Source of the DNA: a virus
Taxonomy: Duplodnaviria > Caudoviricetes
Virus record (IMG/VR): IMGVR_UViG_3300020205_002237
Location: 1-59,432 of that record
Reading direction: 5' to 3' (one strand)
Length of the DNA: 59,432 bases
The notes beneath the pieces are model-generated. The model worked only from the letters and a program-made list of their open reading frames with translations, was not told where the DNA came from and did no database searches. A program made the position numbers and the translations under genes. Shown here piece after piece: positions 18,928 through 27,500 of the stretch. Position 1 is the stretch's first letter; the number at the start of each line of letters is the position of its first letter.

Positions 18928-20280
18928 TTATTGAAACCTATATCTAATTATTACAACACCGGAACCGCCAGCACGATTGCTTCCGCCATTACCAGTATTA
19001 GCAATACCAGCAGTTGCATTTGCACCCCGAGCACCAGCTGCATAAGTAACAACGGTACCAGTAATGGAATTTGCTAAACCAGGGCCTGGAAGCCACGAAT
19101 TAGCAGCACCTCCGGCTCCGCCACCGGCACCTACGTCCCAGCCATTATTTGAGTTTCCTCCTGGTGCGGCACCTCCAGCATAGCCTTGGCCTGTAGTTCC
19201 AGTACCTCCAGCCCCACCAAAGTCACCGCCTCCACCACCTGATCCACCAGATCCGCCGTTTTGGTTTCGTGTTCCGCCATATCCACCACCAATTGTAGTT
19301 AAACCAAATGCTGATGAATTTCCGCCTTGTGTTCCATTTGAACCTGCTCCAGCATTAGTAACATCTGGTCCAGTACCTTGTGCACCACCTGCACCAACTG
19401 TAATTGTGTATGTTTGAGCAGTAGGAGTAATTGTTCCAGTTAAAAGACCGCCAGCACCGCCACCGCCACCCACGTCCATGTCTGTTCCACCGCCTCCTCC
19501 GCCTGCAACTATTAAATAATCAATAGTTGTACCTATAGGTACGATGCTTGGCGTAAAAGTTCCACTACTAGTAAAAGTTAAAACTCTATAATTACCATCA
19601 GCAGTAGCTGTTGCTCCACTATACGTTGCAGTCATCATTGCGCCTGCATATTGTAGTTGTACCCAGTTACCACTATTATAAATCTCTAAATAATCAGTAG
19701 TAGTATTAAGTCTCATTGAGCCAATTGCTGGTGAACTAGGACGTTGCGCTGTAGTTCCTGACGCTATTGGCAAATAACTTGTAGCTGTGGCTATTTTTGC
19801 TGGAGTAACTGCGCTATCTGCTAGCATAGCAGTTGTAATAGAGCCATCCGCAGGAGTAGAACTTCCACCGCCACCGCCTGCTAAAATCCAAGCACCGCCT
19901 GCATATATATTTAAATCGCCTGTTTCTGAATTTAACCAAAAAGCCCCATCAGTAGGGCTTGCAGGAGCAGATGCTGAAACTGTTGCTGCTCCACCCCCTA
20001 AACCTGTCCAACTAGTACCGTTATATGTTTCTACAATACTTAATGTACTGTTATAACGAACCATACCTGTATGGGCAGATCCAGGGCGCTGTCCAGTTGT
20101 TCCACTAGGCAAATCAAAGTAACCAGTACTAGTATTAGTCTGATCACTAACTCCTGCAGGAGTAGCACTAGTAACTACAGCAGCTAAACTAGTAGCTCCG
20201 GTTCCACCTTTGTCAGCACTTAAAACTCCATTTGAGTCTAAGCCTTCTGCTAATTTTGCTAATCTAGATGCTGTACTCAT
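18928..20280 (-). CDS. glycine-rich domain fibre protein
   Basis: MSTASRLAKLA N-terminus, two GTT.QRP modules, AP.SP.DG.FWL motif, Gly-rich domain ending YRFQ. Confidence 0.8.
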   Translation of the reverse strand: MSTASRLAKLAEGLDSNGVLSADKGGTGATSLAAVVTSATPAGVSDQTNTSTGYFDLPSGTTGQRPGSAHTGMVRYNSTLSIVETYNGTSWTGLGGGAATVSASAPASPTDGAFWLNSETGDLNIYAGGAWILAGGGGGSSTPADGSITTAMLADSAVTPAKIATATSYLPIASGTTAQRPSSPAIGSMRLNTTTDYLEIYNSGNWVQLQYAGAMMTATYSGATATADGNYRVLTFTSSGTFTPSIVPIGTTIDYLIVAGGGGGGTDMDVGGGGGAGGLLTGTITPTAQTYTITVGAGGAQGTGPDVTNAGAGSNGTQGGNSSAFGLTTIGGGYGGTRNQNGGSGGSGGGGGDFGGAGGTGTTGQGYAGGAAPGGNSNNGWDVGAGGGAGGAANSWLPGPGLANSITGTVVTYAAGARGANATAGIANTGNGGSNRAGGSGVVIIRYRFQ

Positions 20281-20296
20281 AGTACTCCTTTACTTA

Positions 20297-20659
20297 TTAT
20301 TGTGCCGCTGGTGCTGGAATCTCGTCCCAAGCTTGTGTAGTTTCATTCCAACGATACATCTTTTCATCTGTTGGCATTGCTACAGGAGGTTGCCATAAGC
20401 ACGTTTGAGTGTCTAAGGTCCACGATTGATATGGTTTTGGAGGTACAAAACAATCTTCTGCGGCATTGTAACTGTACCCAATACCAGCAAAATTTTTACG
20501 AAGTGGTGTACCGCCTTGTAGGTGCACTCCACCATGTGTGTTGTATGATGTTTGAATCCATTGACCAGGACTTGTGTCCACGAATGTTTCGAAAAATTCT
20601 GGCTCAGCAACGATTACTTGTGTTACTACGCCATCTGTTACTTTTGCAAAATGTGCCAT
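20297..20659 (-). CDS. small partner of glycine-rich proteins (MAHFAK type)
   Basis: WIQTSYN...RKNFAGIGYSY...PPKPYQSW...W; coupled to the upstream Gly-rich gene. Confidence 0.7.
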   Translation of the reverse strand: MAHFAKVTDGVVTQVIVAEPEFFETFVDTSPGQWIQTSYNTHGGVHLQGGTPLRKNFAGIGYSYNAAEDCFVPPKPYQSWTLDTQTCLWQPPVAMPTDEKMYRWNETTQAWDEIPAPAAQ

Positions 20660-21891
20660 TATTGAAACCTATATTTAATTACTACGATACCGGAACCACC
20701 TGGTGCTCCGGGTCCAATTGAGTGAGATCCACCCCCTCCGCCACCGCCGGTATTGGCTCCACCAGCACCTCCACCAACGTTTGGTCCTCCACCAGTGCCA
20801 CCAGCTATACCGTCTACGCCGTTGTTTATACCACCAGTACCGCCTAGACCAGTGCTTCCTCCTCTAGGGCCTCCGCCTCCGCCTCCGCCCTGACCGCCGT
20901 TACCGCCATACACAGAGTAACCGCCTCCGCCACCACCGCCACCCCAGTAATAGCTGGTACCGGTAATGGTATTAATTACGCCTATTCCACCATTGGCTGG
21001 ATTTGTTGTACCTGCAGCACCAGCACCACCACCGCCACCTGGATACCATTGACCAATTGAGTTTCCACCAGGATTACCTTGACCAGATGTACCTAATCCA
21101 CGATTTGTATTCTGGCCAGATGCTCCACCGCCTGAACCACCGTCTGCAGCTGGAGCTCCGGTTCCATTATGAATGGATGCTCCACCACCTCCACCAATAG
21201 AAGTAACTAGGGCTGAGCCTGATGTTATTGTTGAGTTTGTTCCACTTACTCCCCGTACAGTTGGTGTACCTGCAGCACCGCCAGCACCTACTGTAATAGT
21301 GTACAAACCTGGAGTTATTACTAATCCAGAGCCGGCTAAAACACCTCCGGCACCTCCACCTCCACCCATGTCACCACCGCCTCCACCACCACCGCCTACT
21401 ACAAGATATTCGATTGTTGCATTACTTGGAGCAGATACTACTTGGAAATTTCCACTAGACAAAAATGTGTGAATTTTATAGTCGCCTTGAATAGTAGCTA
21501 CACCACCAGTTGCTGAAATATATCCAAAGTATTGAACTGGATTCCAGGCACTAGCACTATATACTTCTAGTGAATTATTAGTTGTGTTTATTCGAGTGTA
21601 TCCTGTACTAGGGCTTGCAGGACGTTGTGCAGTTGTACCTGATGGTAAATCAAAGTAACCTGTGCTTGAATTGTCTTGATCACTTACTGCTGTGGGTGTT
21701 GTAGTTATTGTACCCCAACTAGTACTAGTGCCGTTTGTTGTTAAATATTTTCCGGAATTACCAGTTTGTGTTGGAAAAGCTGAAGCAGCTGTAGGGGATT
21801 TTGTCCAGCCCTTACCATTATACGTCCAAGTTACTGAGTTATAAGTATAAGTCTGGTTTAATGTGGGATTTAAAGGAAATGAAATCGGCAT
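20659..21891 (-). CDS. glycine-rich domain fibre protein
   Basis: MPISFPLNPT N-terminus, GNSGKYLTTNG motif, DLPSGTTAQRP, Gly-rich domain ending YRFQ. Confidence 0.8.
   Translation of the reverse strand: MPISFPLNPTLNQTYTYNSVTWTYNGKGWTKSPTAASAFPTQTGNSGKYLTTNGTSTSWGTITTTPTAVSDQDNSSTGYFDLPSGTTAQRPASPSTGYTRINTTNNSLEVYSASAWNPVQYFGYISATGGVATIQGDYKIHTFLSSGNFQVVSAPSNATIEYLVVGGGGGGGGDMGGGGGAGGVLAGSGLVITPGLYTITVGAGGAAGTPTVRGVSGTNSTITSGSALVTSIGGGGGASIHNGTGAPAADGGSGGGASGQNTNRGLGTSGQGNPGGNSIGQWYPGGGGGAGAAGTTNPANGGIGVINTITGTSYYWGGGGGGGGYSVYGGNGGQGGGGGGGPRGGSTGLGGTGGINNGVDGIAGGTGGGPNVGGGAGGANTGGGGGGGSHSIGPGAPGGSGIVVIKYRFQ
21557..21654. repeat. 98-bp exact direct repeat, copy 1 (copy 2 at 22816-22913)
   Basis: Read base by base; an additional 34-bp identity at 21506-21539 / 22765-22798 has the same 1259-bp offset. 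Confidence 0.85.
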
Positions 21892-21893
21892 AA

Positions 21894-23252
21894 TTATTGA
21901 AACCTATACTTAATTATTACGATACCAGATCCACCAGTACCACCGTAGTTGTTTGAATTGTAGTGTGCACCACCGCCTCCACCACCTCCAGTATTGGCTC
22001 CGCCATTACCGCCAGGAACGTTTGTTTGTGAATTTAGTGATCCTACTGTACCAGGAAGTCCTGGATTAAGTCCACCAGTGCCTCCATTACCAGTAGTGCC
22101 GCCTTTAGGCGCTCCACCTCCACCACCACCTTGACCGCCATTACCACCATAAGTACTATAGCCACCACCACCACCGCCACCGCCCCAATAGTAATTTGTA
22201 CCATTGATTGCGTTTTGAATTCCAATACCGCCATTAGCAGGATTATTTGTACCAGCTCCACCAGCACCACCACCACCACCTGGATAATAATCGCCAGCAC
22301 CTATGCTACCGTTATAACCCTGTCCAGCAGTACCTAATCCAAAAGATGTAGATGCAGATCCTGCGGCACCACCGCCACTACCCCCACTGCCTGCTGGAGA
22401 ATTATTATTTGAATATTCGGAAGCTCCGCCACCTCCGCCAAGTGCAGTTACAAACGAGCTACCTCCACTGGCACCGATAACACTATTTGAGCCATTAGTG
22501 CCGCGTACTTGACTAATACCTGCCGGGCCGCCTGCTCCGCCTGCCCCTATTGTAATATAATACATAGCTGCGGATACTACTAGGTTGTTTGCTGCTAACA
22601 CGCCTCCAGCACCACCTCCGCCACCCATGTCACTTCCACCCCCACCGCCACCCGCAACTACAAGATATTCAATTACTGCATTAGCAGGAGCACTAGTAAC
22701 AGTAAAATTATCGCTAGATAAAAAAGTATGGAGTTTATAGTCGCCAATAGTAGTAATTACACCGCCAGTTGCTGAAATATATCCAAAGTATTGAACTGCA
22801 TTCCATGCATTAGCGCTATATACTTCTAGTGAATTATTAGTTGTGTTTATTCGAGTGTATCCTGTACTAGGGCTTGCAGGACGTTGTGCAGTTGTACCTG
22901 ATGGTAAATCAAAAGCTCCTGTACTTGTGTTATTTTGGTCGCTAACAGCTGAAGGGACTACACTAGTTATAGTCGGTTTATCTGTTAAGTCGTTGTAACT
23001 ACCGCTGAAACTTGGCCCAGAATTAATACCTGTTAAAATCCAGTTTCCGCCACCGTATACATAAAGATCGCCACTTTCGTTTTCTAACCACATTGCCCCA
23101 TCTGTGGGACTTGCGGGTGCTGTAGCGCTTGCTGTAACTGAAGCTCCGCCAGTAGAATCTTTAGCCCAACCTTTACCATTAAACTTCCAAATATTACTAT
23201 TAAATGTGTATGTTTGATTTAGTGTTGGGTTACTAGGGAATGAAAAAGCCAT
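21894..23252 (-). CDS. glycine-rich domain fibre protein
   Basis: MAFSFPSNPT N-terminus, AP.SP.DG.MWL motif, FSGSYNDLTDKP, Gly-rich domain ending YRFQ. Confidence 0.8.
   Translation of the reverse strand: MAFSFPSNPTLNQTYTFNSNIWKFNGKGWAKDSTGGASVTASATAPASPTDGAMWLENESGDLYVYGGGNWILTGINSGPSFSGSYNDLTDKPTITSVVPSAVSDQNNTSTGAFDLPSGTTAQRPASPSTGYTRINTTNNSLEVYSANAWNAVQYFGYISATGGVITTIGDYKLHTFLSSDNFTVTSAPANAVIEYLVVAGGGGGGSDMGGGGGAGGVLAANNLVVSAAMYYITIGAGGAGGPAGISQVRGTNGSNSVIGASGGSSFVTALGGGGGASEYSNNNSPAGSGGSGGGAAGSASTSFGLGTAGQGYNGSIGAGDYYPGGGGGAGGAGTNNPANGGIGIQNAINGTNYYWGGGGGGGGYSTYGGNGGQGGGGGGAPKGGTTGNGGTGGLNPGLPGTVGSLNSQTNVPGGNGGANTGGGGGGGAHYNSNNYGGTGGSGIVIIKYRFQ
22816..22913. repeat. 98-bp exact direct repeat, copy 2
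   Basis: Identical to 21557-21654. Confidence 0.85.
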
Positions 23253-23267
23253 ATTTATCCTTTATTA

Positions 23268-24206
23268 TCAGCCACTAAAACTTAAGGTGCCAGATGAAGT
23301 AAATGCATAGTAATAATATCCACTGGATATTGTTAAAGTGGGAGCTCCTGTTACGGTAGCCGCAGGAAAAGTAGTAGGGTAACGAATTACTACTAAGCCG
23401 CTGCCGCCTGGACTGCCGATATTACCTTCAGTCTGTCCACCACCGCCACCGCCACCTGTATTAGTTAATCCAGATGTTGATATATCTGGGCCGCCTCCTC
23501 TGCCGCCTCCACCAATTCCGCCTGGTCCATTGCCTCGAATATACCAGTGGCCACCACCTCCACCGCCACCGTAATAACCTTTACCTGACACAGAAGCGTT
23601 TGAATTACTTACATCAGTTCCATACATATTAAAAGCCGAAACTAATACTCCAGGGCCACCTTGACGAGGATAAGTAGCATCACCATAGGAATATCCTTCA
23701 CCGCCTGCACCACCGCCAGAGCTACCCCAACCATTGCCTGCCCACCCTGCGCCTGGCCCATAACCGTTTCCAGATGTGCCACCGGCACCTGCGGCATTTG
23801 CACCACCAGTTCCACCAGTTGCTGTATTAACAGTAGTTGCACCGCCGTATAAAATTGAGGAGTTTCCACCTGAAGTAGAACTACTACCACTAGTGCCACC
23901 TGCAGCCACAGTGATCACTAAAGTTTGCGTTAGTGGCAATTCTTGAGAAAACGTTCCAGTATTTACACCACCACCGCCTCCGCCACCACCGCCATAAAAA
24001 GTACCGCTGCCCTGGCCACCACCGCCACCGCCACCAACAACTAAATAATTGATTGATGTTGGAGCAGGAGGTACTAAGGGAGCTGCAGATAATTTTCTTA
24101 CTACCTTTATACCAGCTCTAGCCATATTCCAGATACCGTTGGCAGCAAAAAGACTTAAAGCACTTGTGCTTGTGTTTAACAACCCACCACGATATCTTTT
24201 AGTCAT
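23268..24206 (-). CDS. glycine-rich domain protein
   Basis: MTKRYRGGLL N-terminus; YLVVGGGGGGG...GSGLVVIRY...YAFTSSGTL. Confidence 0.8.
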   Translation of the reverse strand: MTKRYRGGLLNTSTSALSLFAANGIWNMARAGIKVVRKLSAAPLVPPAPTSINYLVVGGGGGGGQGSGTFYGGGGGGGGGVNTGTFSQELPLTQTLVITVAAGGTSGSSSTSGGNSSILYGGATTVNTATGGTGGANAAGAGGTSGNGYGPGAGWAGNGWGSSGGGAGGEGYSYGDATYPRQGGPGVLVSAFNMYGTDVSNSNASVSGKGYYGGGGGGGHWYIRGNGPGGIGGGGRGGGPDISTSGLTNTGGGGGGGQTEGNIGSPGGSGLVVIRYPTTFPAATVTGAPTLTISSGYYYYAFTSSGTLSFSG

Positions 24207-24577
24207 TAGCTTATATCCTCATAACTTACTGTTACTACAAGTGCATTTGCCGTTCCAGCAGTAGCACCTAAACTAGAATTTTCTTCTAGGTAGTATTGAC
24301 TTGACTTATCAATTACATTGATTGTTGAATTTGCTGCCACAGACAGTGTGCCTACAATTGCAAAACTAGTTCCGCCTAAGGCAGCTCCCGTGTTAAATAC
24401 AACTGTTACAGTTGCTGCCGTACCTGTGGTGTTACTTACGTTTAAAGTATTAACTTTTAAACATTTACCACTACTAGCGGCATTACTTAGCACACTAGTG
24501 GCACTAGTTGTTGTTAAACTAGTGCCACTTGTTTTGCCTGTTATTGTTGTTGCTCCAATTAAATTTGGTGCTGCCAT
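24206..24577 (-). CDS. MA(A/N)PN-family connector paralogue 1
   Basis: Start reassigned to ATG 24577 (GGAGG SD; matches paralogue starts). Confidence 0.75.
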   Translation of the reverse strand: MAAPNLIGATTITGKTSGTSLTTTSATSVLSNAASSGKCLKVNTLNVSNTTGTAATVTVVFNTGAALGGTSFAIVGTLSVAANSTINVIDKSSQYYLEENSSLGATAGTANALVVTVSYEDIS

Positions 24578-24578
24578 G

Positions 24579-27500
24579 TTATCCTCCAAATATCAGCGAG
24601 TAACCTATTGCTCTTGCTGTTGTAGTGCCTGGACCTGTTGGGCCTATTGCTCCGGTTGATCCGGTTGCTCCGGTTGCTCCGTTTGTTCCAGCCGGACCTT
24701 GTGGTCCTTGACTACCAGAAGCTCCAACGGCAATAACCCACTCAGTGCCTGTGTATATAAAAAATTCGCCAGTAGTAGAATCCAGCCAAAACTGACCAGA
24801 AGTAGGAGTAGCTGGTGCAGTATCTCCTACATAGGCTGTCCCGTTTGCTCCAGCAGGACCTGTTGCTCCAGTTGGACCTGTTGAGCCTGCTGTACCATTA
24901 GTACCTGCTGGACCTGTAGGACCGCCTGCTGGTCCTGGGGCACCTGTTGGACCTACCGGACCGTCGCCCATCATTTCGCGAACTACAATCTCTTGACCAG
25001 CTTCTGGTGCAACTAAAAATGTTAGTGTAGTTCCGCTTAATGTGTAATCACTAGTAGGTTTAAGCAAAGAACCGTTAGCTACAACTAAAAGACTGTCTAC
25101 AGTATATCCACTATTAATAGTAAATGCTGTTGTAGTGCCATTTCCAGTAAAGCTTTCTGTTACTACTTGGAAAGGTAAACCTGTTCCACTAATACCTTGT
25201 GGGCCTGTGGCTCCTGTTGGACCTGTAGCTCCATTAACCCCAACAGTTCCATTAGTTCCTGCTGGACCTGTTGGACCATCACCACGCATTTCACGCACAA
25301 CAATGTCTTGAGAATTACCAGGTGCAATAGTAAATGTTAATGTTGATCCGCTAACAGTATAATCACTGGTTGGTTTTAACACAACTCCGCTAACGGTAAC
25401 CAGTATATTATCTACTGTGTATCCGCTGTTAATTGTAAAGTTTGTAGTACTTCCATTACCTACAAAACTTTCAGTAACTACAGTAAATGTAGTACCAATA
25501 GCTCCTGGACCTGTTGGACCTGCTGTACCTTGCGTACCTTGTATACCTTGTATACCTTGCACGCCTTGAGAACCTGTTGGCCCAGCAACTCCTGTGGGAC
25601 CTGCAATACCTTGAGGACCTGTTGGACCTGTGGCACCATCAACACCTATAGTGCCGTTAGTACCTTGAGCACCTGTAGGGCCTGCAACACCTGTTGGGCC
25701 TGTAACGCCTTGAATACCTTGAGCACCTGTAGGACCTACAACACCTTGAGTACCTGTTGGACCTGCAACACCTTGTGAACCTGTTGGTCCTACAATTTGG
25801 CCTACATCTAAATAAGCACTTCCTGTCCAAGTATAGAGGTTACCGTCAGCAGTAACAATATAAGCATCTCCAACGCTAGCTCCACCTGGTAATGCACCAA
25901 CTGTAGCTACTTCGCCTTTGATATTTACTGAAGTTCCTGGTGCCCCTGTTGAGCCTGTTGGTCCTACAATACCTTGTGAGCCTGTAGGACCTGTAGTACC
26001 TTGTAAGCCCTGTGAGCCTGTTGGTCCTGCAATACCTTGAGGACCTGTTGGACCTGTGGCACCATCAACACCTATAGTGCCGTTAGTACCTTGAGCACCT
26101 GTAGGACCTGCAGCACCTGCTGAACCTGTGGGACCTACAACGCCTTGAATACCTTGAATACCTTGAATACCCTGTACACCTTGAGCACCTGTTGGACCTG
26201 CAGCACCTGTTGGACCTGCAGCACCTTGAGAACCCGTTGGGCCTGTAGCACCATCGCCCATCATTTCACGTACTACTATTTCGTGACCAGTTTTAGGCGC
26301 TGTAATAAATGTTAGAGTGCTACCGCTTAGTGTATAATCTGTTGTGGCTTTTAGTACAATACCGTTAACTACAACTAAAAGATTGTCTATAGTATATCCA
26401 CTATCAATTGCAAAATTGACTGTAGTATTATCCCCAGTAAAGTTTTTAGTTATAACAGTAAAAGGTAGTCCTGTACCACTTGCACCTTGTGGACCTGTTG
26501 GGCCAGTGCCACCTAGAATACCATTGGAACCTGCTGGACCTGTAGGACCTGCTACAGTTGAGGCAGCGCCTGTAGGACCTGTAGAACCTGTAGAGCCTGT
26601 TGGTCCGGTTGCTCCGTCTAAGCCAGCCGTACCATTAGTACCTTGTGGACCTGTTGCACCTTGAATACCTTGAATACCTTGAGAACCCGTTGGACCTGTA
26701 GCACCTTGAATACCCTGGATGCCTTGAGCACCTGTAGGACCTGTAAGACCTGTTGTACCTTGTGGGCCTGTAGGTCCATCACCAGTTAATTCGCGTACTA
26801 CAATTTCGTCGCCACTATAAGGCGTAACACCAAATGTTAATGTAGTTCCGCTTAGTGTATAATCTGTTGTGGGTTTTAGTAAAGATCCGTTGATTGTTAC
26901 TAGTATACTATCTAGCGTATATCCGCTGTTAACAGTAAAAGCTGATGCACTACCATCGCCAGTAAATGACTGAGTAGTCATTATAAAAGGAAAACCAGTA
27001 CCGCTTGGTCCTTGTGGACCTGTAGCACCTGTTGGTCCTAATGAACCTGTAGGTCCAGGTACTGTTGATGCAGCACCTGTAGTACCCTGTACGCCTTGTA
27101 CACCTTGAATACCTTGGGGACCTGTTGGTCCCACGTTACCTTGTATACCTTGTGAACCACTAGCACCTGTAGGTCCTATGGAACCTGTAGGACCCGCTAT
27201 TGTAGAATCAGCACCTGTTGGTCCTGTGTTACCTGTGTTACCTTGAACACCTGTTGGTCCTGCTACACCTTGAATACCTTGAATACCTTGTGTACCTTGT
27301 GCACCTGTAGGTCCTGCTACACCTTGAATACCTTGCGCACCTGTAGGACCTGTGGCACCGTCAACGCCTATAACACCGTTAGTACCCTGTGCACCTGTAG
27401 GTCCTTGAATACCTTGAATACCTTGTATCCCCTGTATACCTTGAATACCTTGTGCACCTGTAGGACCTGTAGCACCGTCAACACCTATAACACCGTTAGT

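Noticed and set aside
21506-22913. DGR template/variable repeat pair
   Set aside because: Mismatches are not adenine-specific, both copies are mid-gene, and no reverse transcriptase is in the window
6410-24577. Invertase shufflon for adhesin switching
   Set aside because: All cassettes are co-oriented with their own starts; no recombinase or inverted crossover sites seen
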